Shown here one piece after another: positions 49,892 through 59,460 of a stretch of 64,000 nt of DNA. The first letter of the stretch is position 1. Each line of letters opens with the position of its first letter. The stretch is taken from sequence record PP885733.1; one strand, 5' to 3'. The translations under genes were made by a program, and so were the position numbers. The notes beneath the pieces were generated by a model. That model did no database searches. It saw only the letters and a list, made by a program, of their open reading frames with translations, and was not told the origin of the DNA.

Positions 49892-50230
49892 ATGCTAGAT
49901 CCAAGAGTTGTGGCGATACTTAATCTCCGTAAAGATGATCCCAAGCCGCATATCTACCGTATTAAGAAGACCAGGATAGAAATGTTTCCTTCTGGTTCCG
50001 CAAGTAAACTCACCCCAGAACAATTCGACATTTTGGGCGTTTACATTATGGAAGGTGGTTGTGGATGGAAAGCTGCACTCAAAACTCAGGATATCCAATG
50101 GGGTCGATTTGGCGGAAGAACTATTGATATGCTGAAACAAGCTATAACCATCTGCGGATTCAATCTCAAAGAAGTATTGTGGGATGAACAAATCTTTTAC
50201 TTTGGAGGGATAAATGAAAAAGATGACTAA
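49892..50230 (+). CDS. hypothetical protein, paralog of 50214..50579
   Basis: YIMEGGCGWKAAL..W....GRTIDML motif. Confidence 0.7.
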   Translation: MLDPRVVAILNLRKDDPKPHIYRIKKTRIEMFPSGSASKLTPEQFDILGVYIMEGGCGWKAALKTQDIQWGRFGGRTIDMLKQAITICGFNLKEVLWDEQIFYFGGINEKDD

Positions 50231-50579
50231 GGTGAGACATCTGGATATTCCTGGTCGCATCTACTGGGATATGAGCGGTGATGAACGCCTCGCTCTGAGG
50301 ACGTACATCGATAAAGGTGGGATTGGGTGGCACGCTGCATTAGACATGCAGGATGAGCTCTGGGCGTCTCATAAGGGACGTTCTATTGATTTCCTCCGTA
50401 GTGCTTTAGAGAAAGCAGACTACGATGTGAAGTTAATCCTTTCTATGCATCATTCATATCGTAACCTGATTAATAAGGATCCATCGTGTATCATTACGAG
50501 GCAGACCTCCTCACCGAAGAAGAACTGGCTGTCGAAGATCTTTGCAGGGATGGTAAACAAACAGAAGTCAATTGACTAA
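50214..50579 (+). CDS. hypothetical protein, paralog of 49892..50230
   Basis: YIDKGGIGWHAAL..W....GRSIDFL motif; GGAGG SD. Confidence 0.75.
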   Translation: MKKMTKVRHLDIPGRIYWDMSGDERLALRTYIDKGGIGWHAALDMQDELWASHKGRSIDFLRSALEKADYDVKLILSMHHSYRNLINKDPSCIITRQTSSPKKNWLSKIFAGMVNKQKSID

Positions 50580-50615
50580 ATAGGTTCACATTTCAGTTGA
50601 AAGAAAAGTCAGACC

Positions 50616-50623
50616 TATATTAC
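50616..50623 (+). promoter_or_regulatory. candidate early (virion RNAP) promoter core TATATTAC
   Basis: Matches the TATATTAC-type early promoter core reported for phiKZ; AT-rich intergenic region upstream of 50698. Confidence 0.5.
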
Positions 50624-50697
50624 CTAAGTGTATAGAAGAACAAATATTTTCTATAGTCAACCTAACCCTTAAATCACATAGTTAAAAGGAATATATC

Positions 50698-51237
50698 ATG
50701 TCAGTAAACAACGTAGCAGCAAACGAAACCACTATCGAAGTAGCAGCAGAAGCAGCAGTTCAAACCCCAGCGGAGAAAATCATGTCTGACGTTAAAGCAC
50801 AAGAATCAGTAAAAGCAATCGTTGAGCAGGACGCAGGTCGTCCGATCGATTGGCAGACTGTATGCATGTCAGGTGCTCTGGCTGCTGCAGCTATCGGTCT
50901 GCGCCGTACTGTTCAGAAAGTTTCCATCGACCAGCACGCTGAAGCGCTGGAGATCGAAGCTGAATCTCAGAGCTACACCAGCATCCTGGCACACGCTGTA
51001 GCAGGTGCAGTTGTAACTGGTACTGTAATGGCAGTTGGTCAGAAGACCTTCCTGAAGAACATGCCTAACGGTATGCAGCCAGCAGTTGGTGGCCTGGTAG
51101 CATCTTTCACTAACCTGGGTGATGCAATCTTCGGCGACGATCTGGTAACAGGCGCAACTCAGCTGTTCGGTTTCGGTAAAGCGAAAGTTTCCGAAATGAT
51201 GAACAACGAAGTGACTGTTGAAGAACAGCAGGCATAA
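50698..51237 (+). CDS. highly expressed small protein with several Ala/Gly-rich hydrophobic helices
   Basis: AAAAGGA SD, strong codon bias, own terminator. Confidence 0.85.
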   Translation: MSVNNVAANETTIEVAAEAAVQTPAEKIMSDVKAQESVKAIVEQDAGRPIDWQTVCMSGALAAAAIGLRRTVQKVSIDQHAEALEIEAESQSYTSILAHAVAGAVVTGTVMAVGQKTFLKNMPNGMQPAVGGLVASFTNLGDAIFGDDLVTGATQLFGFGKAKVSEMMNNEVTVEEQQA

Positions 51238-51242
51238 TAGCA

Positions 51243-51274
51243 AACTCCTACTACCCATCTGGGTAGTAGGAGTT
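51243..51274. terminator. bidirectional hairpin terminator (TACC/GGTA-related)
   Basis: Perfect 14-bp stem AACTCCTACTACCC-ATCT-GGGTAGTAGGAGTT between convergent genes. Confidence 0.85.
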
Positions 51275-51297
51275 ATACTAGTTACTTATTTTTTTTG

Positions 51298-54216
51298 TTA
51301 CTGACCAGCCCAGATATCATCAGCTGGGTTCTCCGGCGCAGTTCCTTCCTCAGTACCTTGATTCTCAACTTCCTGTTGTTCAGTGGTTTGAGTTTCTACA
51401 GTTTCTTCAACTTGTTCCTGACCTTCTTGTGGTTGTTCACCGTCAAGACTTGGTTGAGGTAAGTTGTCGATATCGTACTCCGTAGAATCCACTACAGGGT
51501 CAATGCCAGGGTTTTCTGGATTCAGGTTATCATCCAGACCTTCTTCTTTTTCGACCTTAGCTTTCAGTCGTTCAAAGAGAGTGCGGTTCTTCTTAGTGCC
51601 CTTGGTCCATTCCATCAGGAACTTAAGAACGTTGTTCTCAAGATCAGCTGCGTTATTGACCATGTTCAGAATACCGCCGGAATCACCGTTGTTCAGGATG
51701 GATTCGAATGGCATTGGTAAGTTAAAGCGCATGAACGCTTCGTTGAGCAGTACAGCCTTAATAGAACCGATAACATTATCAGCATCCATACCAGCAGCTT
51801 CTGCACGACGTTTCATCATCTCAGCACCACCGCCCAGATCCAGCCAGTTAGCGATCAGCTTCTCAACAGTAGCGAGTTTGTCGTCAAGCTTGTTGAGGGA
51901 ATCAGTAATAGCAGGAGTAGGTAGAGTTACGAAGAAGGTGTTCAAGAAGTCAGTCAGGACAGCTTTAATGATATCCATCTCTTCTGGTGATACGTCGTCA
52001 TCGTCAGATTCAGCAGAAAGTCTTTCTTTCACTTCATCATCCAGTTCCAACTCACCGGTCTGGTCAGGTTTCATGTACAGCTTTTTGTTTTCCTTAATAA
52101 CGTCAATCAGATCACCAATCAGAGGTTCGTTAACACGCATGTATTTGCGCATTGAGTCCGTAAAGTAACGGGAGAACGTGCGAGAGTAATCGTTGGTCTG
52201 GTTACGAAGGAGTTCCTGTTCTGCCAATGCTTCAACAGCAAAGTCATTACCTTCACCAGTATCGTCCAGCCAGCTACGCTTAAGACCGAACATACCGGAG
52301 ATGGTGTTCAACAAACCTTCACGAGAATCACGGTCAATAGACTTAAGCGGTTCACGGTTCATCTGGTTCGCTTCAATCTGCGGAGCCACGATGTTAGGGT
52401 TGTCACCTGGGTTGACTTTAATGGTCAGACTCTGTTCTTTAAAGCGGTCGAGAACAGCATCGATGGATACGTTGTTGTAACCCAAGATGTCGTGTAATGT
52501 TGGGTTGTTGGCGAAGTACTCATCACGCAACATAGCCACGGTATTACGAACATCAAAGTCTTCAGCTTCTGGATCAATGGTCATCATGGTGTGAGAGATA
52601 GAGTTCTCAACCTGAGCCAGTGCATCGGCGGTATCCAGTACAGCCAGACGGGTAATGTGAAGTTTAGCCTCATCAACCAGTGAACGACCAACACCCAGAC
52701 GGTTAAAGTCAATAGCGATGTAGGTTACGTATTCAGCTGGGATAAAGATTGCACGAACACCCTGGTCACGTAAAGCACGAGACATATAGAGCTTCTTGTT
52801 CTCTTCAGTCAGAGAGATCGTTACATCTTTCTTCAGGTCACCGTTAAGCAGACCTTCGATCATCTCTTTCTCAAGGTTAGCAGAAGCCAACTCAACCATC
52901 CAGCCCATATCGTGTTCGCACTCAGAACCAGCTGCTACAGTACGAATGTGGCTAATGATTTCGTTAAGGGAACCAGTCATAGGGCGTTCAGTAACTTCAC
53001 CAGCACCTTTGGTCTTCTGATAGTACTTAACGTCAGAGGTGTTCTTCAGCGGTTCACCAGTTTCGGGATCCGTTAACAGGATGTGACCGAATGGTTTACC
53101 CACTTCACCGTTTAAGCAAACGTTGATGATTGCTTCAGAAGGCCAGTGATAAGTGATACCAATACCGCGACCATTACCGGTGTAGAACTTCCCTTTACGA
53201 ATAGAGAGAGTCTCATTGGTGTCATAGTTACGGTCAGGGTACATGCCCTTGATATCTTCTTCCAGCGTCTTCTTGGAAACGATGTTTACGTTGTTAGCGT
53301 TAGTACGTTTCTTACCTTTCTTGGATTTGAAACGCGCCGTAATGAAATCATCCATTGATTCAGAACCAGCCATTGCGCGAAGACGATCTTCACGCAGTTT
53401 CTGCGCCAGCTCACCCGCTTTAAGAACCATCGGGTTATCAGTGAATGTCCATTTGAGAGAAGGGTCAACCAGATGATATTCCGGTTCACGAGTCCCGCCA
53501 CCGCCATAGAGACTTTCGAAACCAACAAAGGAACCAGGATTCTCATTACGTGTTTTACGAATGTAACCCAAGTTCAGAGCTGTATTCCAGTTCCCACCAA
53601 CGAAGTGTTTGGCGAGTACCTTATCGGCTGTTGATCTGAAAGCTTCAGTACCTGCGATATTTGGGTTCTTATTCTTCTCATCACCATCATCACGAGGAAC
53701 TTCCATACCGTTGATCAGGTGATCCAGTACAGAGTGTGAGAGGTTGACAATAGCATAAGAGCCGGTACGGAACAGGACATCTTTAATAATTTGAGGGACT
53801 AACTCTTCGAAGGGGTATTTTGTTGTAAAGTGGTTTTTAACCACAGTCAACAGCATCTCATGAAGTTTAGCATTCTTAATGTCAGATTGCTGGCTATCAT
53901 AAATGAAAAGAGATGGCTGATCCCCGTTGGGTTTCAACAGAAGGGTTGTCCAGATTTGTTCAGCACGTTTGATATAGTGAGTAATGGTACGCAGGTCATT
54001 AGAAGCCTGGATATTATTACTGATGATATCAGACAAGCTCTTGACTTTAGCGATGGGAGGTTTGATCTTGTTCTCTGCATCTTTCTCGTTACGGATAGTA
54101 CTATCCTTTACAAGAAGAGAACGTAGACCTTTATCAAGAGGACTCTGGTTCTTGAGTCTCCCCCTGATTGTAGTCCTGTCTACTCTTTTATACCCATCGG
54201 GTAATTTAGAAGGCAT
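51298..54216 (-). CDS. portal protein (phiKZ gp129-like), probable
   Basis: 972 aa; GRSLVDEAKLHITRLAVLDTADAL stem helix resembles large-phage portals; GxE sites AGTEA/VGFES/AGSES; acidic C-terminal tail; synteny. Confidence 0.6.
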   Translation of the reverse strand: MPSKLPDGYKRVDRTTIRGRLKNQSPLDKGLRSLLVKDSTIRNEKDAENKIKPPIAKVKSLSDIISNNIQASNDLRTITHYIKRAEQIWTTLLLKPNGDQPSLFIYDSQQSDIKNAKLHEMLLTVVKNHFTTKYPFEELVPQIIKDVLFRTGSYAIVNLSHSVLDHLINGMEVPRDDGDEKNKNPNIAGTEAFRSTADKVLAKHFVGGNWNTALNLGYIRKTRNENPGSFVGFESLYGGGGTREPEYHLVDPSLKWTFTDNPMVLKAGELAQKLREDRLRAMAGSESMDDFITARFKSKKGKKRTNANNVNIVSKKTLEEDIKGMYPDRNYDTNETLSIRKGKFYTGNGRGIGITYHWPSEAIINVCLNGEVGKPFGHILLTDPETGEPLKNTSDVKYYQKTKGAGEVTERPMTGSLNEIISHIRTVAAGSECEHDMGWMVELASANLEKEMIEGLLNGDLKKDVTISLTEENKKLYMSRALRDQGVRAIFIPAEYVTYIAIDFNRLGVGRSLVDEAKLHITRLAVLDTADALAQVENSISHTMMTIDPEAEDFDVRNTVAMLRDEYFANNPTLHDILGYNNVSIDAVLDRFKEQSLTIKVNPGDNPNIVAPQIEANQMNREPLKSIDRDSREGLLNTISGMFGLKRSWLDDTGEGNDFAVEALAEQELLRNQTNDYSRTFSRYFTDSMRKYMRVNEPLIGDLIDVIKENKKLYMKPDQTGELELDDEVKERLSAESDDDDVSPEEMDIIKAVLTDFLNTFFVTLPTPAITDSLNKLDDKLATVEKLIANWLDLGGGAEMMKRRAEAAGMDADNVIGSIKAVLLNEAFMRFNLPMPFESILNNGDSGGILNMVNNAADLENNVLKFLMEWTKGTKKNRTLFERLKAKVEKEEGLDDNLNPENPGIDPVVDSTEYDIDNLPQPSLDGEQPQEGQEQVEETVETQTTEQQEVENQGTEEGTAPENPADDIWAGQ

Positions 54217-54244
54217 TGATTAGAATCTCCTTTAAGGAACCTGT

Positions 54245-56377
54245 ATGCTTAATAACGTTGAGTTCAAAGCTTACATTTTAAACACGATTGCATTCGCGAG
54301 AACCATCGTTATAAAATGCGAGTCGTTGGCTACAATGGATAACCGGTTGATGGAGCAACACTACGGTATTCCAATTCCAGCCGACAAAGCACAATGGCGT
54401 TATTATCTCAACCTCAATGGTCAATACCACGAAACGGATGAGATGATGTACGTCCAGTCTCTGGATAACGGTGATAACATTGAATTCACGAAAGCTAACT
54501 TAGATTTGCACTTAGCAACTAAACGCGCATATCGTGAAGGATCGTATCACTACTCTCGGTTAGTCGAAAAATACCCAGGCCAGTCAAATCTTATTAACGG
54601 GATTATCAACCCAATTCCGCAATCGGAATCTATCCCAGCAAAGGATTACTCCATCCTGCGTTATAATACCGACTATGTGAAGTGGAATGAGTACCAACTT
54701 ATCCCTGCTTTACAGCAGCACATCTTCTATATGGTTGAGGGTTCATTCAAGACTGAATACCTTTATACCGACAACTTGATGATGTCCGCACTGTTAGCTA
54801 ACCTGCACGGTTCCTTGATCTCTGCCATCCTGTCAATCAGGAAAGAAGCAGACGGAACTCGGTATGCTCACGACTTTTATATTTGGTCACGGCTCCAATC
54901 ATTAGGATTGTCAAGCGTTTACAAAAGCGTTCTTGATAGAAAACAAACTATGTGGTTGTATCGTAACCTTAAGAGCGTATTAAGGAAGTTGGGTCGTCGC
55001 GTTTCCTTTGACGAAGTTCTCGACATTATCCTTACCCATCGCAAGATCCCTATCTCTCGTTATCAGGTCATTCAGACCACTGAGGGAATGGTCGATACCC
55101 TGAAACCAGCACCGCGTATGTTCAGCCAACCTGTTAACTTGATTAGCGAGTTCGGTATGGATACCAAGGTCTGGACAGTTCCTGAAGTTATCAAGAAAGA
55201 GATCCCACTCGCTCTGGATAACGTCGATGAGGAACCGTGGGGTATCAGCGATACACAATACGCCATTACTTATGGCCTTCATGGTGCTGCACCTTCTAAG
55301 GTGTTGGAATCCACCATGACGGATACGACTGATCGAAATCCGGATCGAATCATGAAGGTACTCCATAATGAGTGGATCTACCTGACGTTTAAGAAGATAT
55401 ACAACATCAACATTGATGTGTCCGATGTTCGTACTGGTAAACACTTCCGTCTCCGCATGGATCAAGCTGTCACGCTGTGGCATTACTTGATTGATCGCGC
55501 AAGAGGGATTAAGAAGCCAGGCGATATCCCAGAGTTCAACTACTGGGGTGTGCGTAAACTGATTCCACCTAACTGGCAAGAGTTACAAGCTCTGGGTCAC
55601 AAGGAGATCTTGACTGAAGAAGTCTGTAAGGACATTCTGAAAGTCCATATCGACTTCCCACAGCTTATCTCTCCTGATGCATTCTTCCAGAAAGGTTTCG
55701 AAGTAGCCGATGGTAAATGGCAACATAAGAAACTCTACTCCGCTCAGTTAAACCTCTTCATTGCTAGCCGTCGTCAGAACGCCTGTGATGCTCTGTATGA
55801 GAATGGTCTTGCCAAGCTCACCGACATCAAGACTTATGACGATTTCCTCCTGACGCTCGATCTAGAGCTCTGGGACTACACTGCTGATGAGTGTTTAGAT
55901 TTAGCATGGGCAATCTGGGAAAAAGCAACGGGTTGGGAGTACAACAACTCTATCAGTATCGGCGAGCAACAGCGTCTGCTTATTAACCTGATGAAAGACC
56001 TGACCAGTTACACCGTTCAATACATCGGTTCTACCGAGACATTGGCTGGACAGTATAACTTACCTTATATGACGTTGCTTGATGGCGACTGGTTAGATAA
56101 GGATGGCGAGACTGGACTTGAGTCTGATGGTAATGGTGTAATCATTCCTGCTCATGGTCGTGGCTTCCCAGTTAATGAACTGGTGGCTAAAGAACTCAAA
56201 GGTTATATCCCTGGAGACAATTGGGGTCGTACTGATCCTACTTCCATCGGGTGTGCTCGTATTTACGCTAAGATGTATATCTCTCAGATTGATTCTCCTC
56301 CGGTGACTTCGGGCAACCACATCAGTAACTTTATGACTGTGAAGGAAGCCAAGCCAGATGAATCGACTACTCTGTGA
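54245..56377 (+). CDS. baseplate structural protein (phiKZ gp128-like)
   Basis: WRYYLNLNGQYH motif; divergent from the portal gene. Confidence 0.55.
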   Translation: MLNNVEFKAYILNTIAFARTIVIKCESLATMDNRLMEQHYGIPIPADKAQWRYYLNLNGQYHETDEMMYVQSLDNGDNIEFTKANLDLHLATKRAYREGSYHYSRLVEKYPGQSNLINGIINPIPQSESIPAKDYSILRYNTDYVKWNEYQLIPALQQHIFYMVEGSFKTEYLYTDNLMMSALLANLHGSLISAILSIRKEADGTRYAHDFYIWSRLQSLGLSSVYKSVLDRKQTMWLYRNLKSVLRKLGRRVSFDEVLDIILTHRKIPISRYQVIQTTEGMVDTLKPAPRMFSQPVNLISEFGMDTKVWTVPEVIKKEIPLALDNVDEEPWGISDTQYAITYGLHGAAPSKVLESTMTDTTDRNPDRIMKVLHNEWIYLTFKKIYNINIDVSDVRTGKHFRLRMDQAVTLWHYLIDRARGIKKPGDIPEFNYWGVRKLIPPNWQELQALGHKEILTEEVCKDILKVHIDFPQLISPDAFFQKGFEVADGKWQHKKLYSAQLNLFIASRRQNACDALYENGLAKLTDIKTYDDFLLTLDLELWDYTADECLDLAWAIWEKATGWEYNNSISIGEQQRLLINLMKDLTSYTVQYIGSTETLAGQYNLPYMTLLDGDWLDKDGETGLESDGNGVIIPAHGRGFPVNELVAKELKGYIPGDNWGRTDPTSIGCARIYAKMYISQIDSPPVTSGNHISNFMTVKEAKPDESTTL

Positions 56378-56681
56378 ATATCCAGACACGAATGTAAACG
56401 TTCTCGTTAATAACGAAACACAGTTACTTCTGTTACTGGATGATCGTCACGCTAAGTATGAGAAAACAGATGTTGGTAATGCGTTGCTTTATAAAAAGGG
56501 ACTTGTTACTAACATCTCTTCTCTGCGACCTGCTGATGCAGTAGCGTTAGCTAAACCGCATTTGGATCTCTATTCCACGGATATAAAAGAGATCAAACAA
56601 ATCGACGATGAGTACATCGTTTATATTCATCCCCATTGTTTGGTCTACACTGGGACATTCAAAATCAAAATCATTAAGTAA
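56358..56681 (+). CDS. small virion structural protein
   Basis: Overlaps the previous gene; YIVYIHPHCLVYTG motif. Confidence 0.65.
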   Translation: MNRLLCEYPDTNVNVLVNNETQLLLLLDDRHAKYEKTDVGNALLYKKGLVTNISSLRPADAVALAKPHLDLYSTDIKEIKQIDDEYIVYIHPHCLVYTGTFKIKIIK

Positions 56682-56693
56682 GGTACTTAAGAA

Positions 56694-57614
56694 ATGGCAG
56701 AATCAACCGCGGGTCGTGATGCTCAGAAATTACCTAACCAGTTGGTAGCTCCCAACGGTATGGGCATCATCATTAACGCAGCGGTATCTACTGGTCGTAC
56801 TGTAGATATCCCTGAGAACACCACACTGAACCAGCACTACGATATCCTGAAGGATGAGTCTATCGGTCGTAAGAACGGCAAAGACTTCACCCTAGCCTAT
56901 TACGGCATCGGTATCGGCGGTTCTCGTTCTATCGGCACAGACTCCAACGGTCTGGAAGGTCGTCGTGTCTATCAGCACAAAGCTGTTGACTTCAATGCGT
57001 TCTATCCGATTCCGTTCATCATCCGTGAACTGAGCCAGGACCTGGATCCGGTTACTCGTGACAAATACCGTATGCGTGTTGTTCGCAAGATCGGCGATAC
57101 CATGTACGTCATGTACTACCTGAAGATGATCGGTTTCGATGAGTTCGACCCGACCATGAAGGTTGGTGAACGTGATCCGGAAACCGGTAACGAGAAAGAG
57201 CGTCCGTACATTCCTCGTGAAGAGGATCTCCAGCCTAAGCCTTACGAGCTGGTTAACGTGAACTCCATTCCGATTACCAACATGTACATCAACGGTACCG
57301 GCAAAATGGATCTGTCCCTGGACAGCAACGACCTGGAAGAGATCCGTAACGTTTGTCGTATCCTGTTCAATGACAGCTCTAAAGCAGCTATCAACGAAAT
57401 GTACCTGGCGTACGGTATCGAAACTACTCACACCGGTGAAACCACTGGCGGTGTTTCTTTCCCGTATAAAGAACTGATCTCTGCGTGCGTTTCTTTCCAC
57501 ATCACTGAAGCCTATGCCCGTGATGCTAACGCCAACAGCAAGATGCCATGGTTCTTCTGGTACGGTAACAGCCTGCCACTGCTGGTTGCTCCTGAATCTC
57601 TGGGCGTCGGCTGA
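56694..57614 (+). CDS. baseplate structural protein (gp127-like by synteny)
   Basis: AAGGT SD; LAYYGIGIGG..PIPFIIR motif; strong codon bias. Confidence 0.6.
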   Translation: MAESTAGRDAQKLPNQLVAPNGMGIIINAAVSTGRTVDIPENTTLNQHYDILKDESIGRKNGKDFTLAYYGIGIGGSRSIGTDSNGLEGRRVYQHKAVDFNAFYPIPFIIRELSQDLDPVTRDKYRMRVVRKIGDTMYVMYYLKMIGFDEFDPTMKVGERDPETGNEKERPYIPREEDLQPKPYELVNVNSIPITNMYINGTGKMDLSLDSNDLEEIRNVCRILFNDSSKAAINEMYLAYGIETTHTGETTGGVSFPYKELISACVSFHITEAYARDANANSKMPWFFWYGNSLPLLVAPESLGVG

Positions 57615-57630
57615 TTAAACGGAGGTCAAG

Positions 57631-58251
57631 ATGGATAATAATCAAGACCTCCCAGCTAAAGAGCCATTACAGATTTCATTAACTAAAAGGTCGACCGTAA
57701 GGTCGGCCCTTATTACGGCTAATGAACTGTACAACTTGAATGCGACTCCAGATAACTATGAAGACCGTATCGTCTATAAAGATGATGAAGGTAGCCTGTG
57801 TCTGGATGTTGTCGACATTCTAACTGGCGAACTCTGCTGGGTATTGCGCGATCGTTATAAAGAGAACGCAGACAAATTAAACAAAATGCTGCTGGCTAAC
57901 CCTAAGGACTTTGAGGATAGTGAGGTAGTTGATAACTTCTCAATCATTATTGGGACCGAAGGGGAATTGGATTTCCTCAAAGGGTTACCGCTTAACGTAC
58001 CAAGCGCTAACGACCCACTTAACTTCGTGGCCAGGACTTTGGCAGACTTGCTTAATGTCTACGGAGTCGGTTATGGGTGGAGTACTCGACCTAATACCGG
58101 ATTAACTACTGCATACTTCGTACTTCGGTACATTGGACCTGGGGCTGATGCTCCAGAAGTATATAACTTTAACCGCAACACAAAGTGCCTTGCTGTGGTG
58201 GAGTTAATGATGCATGGGGAATATAAAACCTTTGCACTAGTAGTGGGATAG
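57631..58251 (+). CDS. hypothetical/structural protein (206 aa)
   Basis: GGAGG SD. Confidence 0.75.
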   Translation: MDNNQDLPAKEPLQISLTKRSTVRSALITANELYNLNATPDNYEDRIVYKDDEGSLCLDVVDILTGELCWVLRDRYKENADKLNKMLLANPKDFEDSEVVDNFSIIIGTEGELDFLKGLPLNVPSANDPLNFVARTLADLLNVYGVGYGWSTRPNTGLTTAYFVLRYIGPGADAPEVYNFNRNTKCLAVVELMMHGEYKTFALVVG

Positions 58252-58255
58252 TGTT

Positions 58256-58831
58256 ATGAGTGTACGCGTATTGGGGATTGACCCCGGCATTACCAACCTC
58301 GGAGCTGCTGCATTCGAAGTGGATCCGTATGAGCGGAAGAAGTTCAAGCTCGTTTACGCGGATACACTGAAAGGTGAGCACAATGAGTTTGGTGTAAGTT
58401 TGACCAACCCTACACAGGTGCGTGCTTTGGGTTTACATCGAGCTTACAGTCACATCTTTGAATTGGTGGAACCCCATGTTGTTAGCTGTGAAGATAACTT
58501 CTTGGGACCATCTGCGCAAAGCTTCAAACGACTCATTGAGATCGTGTCCTTCTTACACTTGCATAACTCCTTAACGGGAGACCGTGTTGGATTTGCGCAA
58601 GTGTTACCAAGGCTGGCTAAACAGATTGTTGGTGCGGACTTCAAAGGGACGACAAAGGACGATGTAACGAAAGGACTCAAGGAATGTCCGTTCATTGATC
58701 TGAATGGCTTTGATCTTGATCTGTTGACTGAACACGCGAATGACGCAATCCTTCTTGGCCTTTATACCTGCGTGCAATACTATAAAGACTTAGGATGGGA
58801 TGTTCTCGATGGAAACAGTAAAAAAGGTTGA
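58256..58831 (+). CDS. ruvC: RuvC-like Holliday junction resolvase
   Basis: VLGIDPGITNLG, VVSCEDNF, P..AKQIVG..TKDDV, EHANDAILLG: RuvC catalytic D/E/D pattern. Confidence 0.9.
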   Translation: MSVRVLGIDPGITNLGAAAFEVDPYERKKFKLVYADTLKGEHNEFGVSLTNPTQVRALGLHRAYSHIFELVEPHVVSCEDNFLGPSAQSFKRLIEIVSFLHLHNSLTGDRVGFAQVLPRLAKQIVGADFKGTTKDDVTKGLKECPFIDLNGFDLDLLTEHANDAILLGLYTCVQYYKDLGWDVLDGNSKKG

Positions 58832-59453
58832 TCGTGATCCAAGGGACAGATTCTACGACAGAGCCGCTTTATTCCTAAGGAACATTGCTGGCTTTAGTTC
58901 GTGTATGTCCGTTTGCACGATTAGCTTGATCTTTGTCTGGTCAGTTCATCTGGGGGTCAGTCAACACAACCGAGCTTACCCAGGATTGGTAGCTATGACC
59001 CTCATGATAATCGGTCCGATCATTATGGCATGGAGCTTTAATAATGCCAGATCGATTATCTCAACTATTCTGATATCGGCAGATGGGGAAGAAGCGGTAC
59101 CTACGAAAGTAGTTGTACCTCAAGCAACTCCAATCATTACCGAAGATGACATCGCTATTGAACGTGGTGTGGTAGGTCGGCTAGGGGTGGCGTTGCGTTA
59201 CCTTGCTGGTTGTATCTCTACTCACGTTATCTGTGCTTGCAGTCTCTTATTCACATGGACGATTCATTCGGCATATGTTAATGGTGGTGCGCTGCCGTCT
59301 AACTCCGAACTGTTTATGGTTGTCGTTGGTCCAATAGTTACCTGTTGGAACTTCGTCAGAGCAACTGCGACACTGAGTACTGTTATTCAGGGTGCATCCC
59401 AGTTTGACAAATGGCGTAATAAGTTTGCTGGATGGATAGCGACAAACAAATAA
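58800..59453 (+). CDS. 4-TM inner-membrane protein with internal duplication (holin/antiholin candidate)
   Basis: Two similar helical hairpins: LRNIAG..SLIFVWSVH..IIGPII.AWSF and LRYLAG..SLLFTWTIH..VVGPIV.CWNF. Confidence 0.7.
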   Translation: MFSMETVKKVDRDPRDRFYDRAALFLRNIAGFSSCMSVCTISLIFVWSVHLGVSQHNRAYPGLVAMTLMIIGPIIMAWSFNNARSIISTILISADGEEAVPTKVVVPQATPIITEDDIAIERGVVGRLGVALRYLAGCISTHVICACSLLFTWTIHSAYVNGGALPSNSELFMVVVGPIVTCWNFVRATATLSTVIQGASQFDKWRNKFAGWIATNK

Positions 59454-59460
59454 GCAGATC

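Noticed and set aside
58820-58826. A AAA AAG slippery heptamer near the start of the 4-TM gene
   Set aside because: A -1 shift meets the RuvC stop two codons later, and the run is explained by the overlapping RuvC KKG terminus; no stimulatory element seen.
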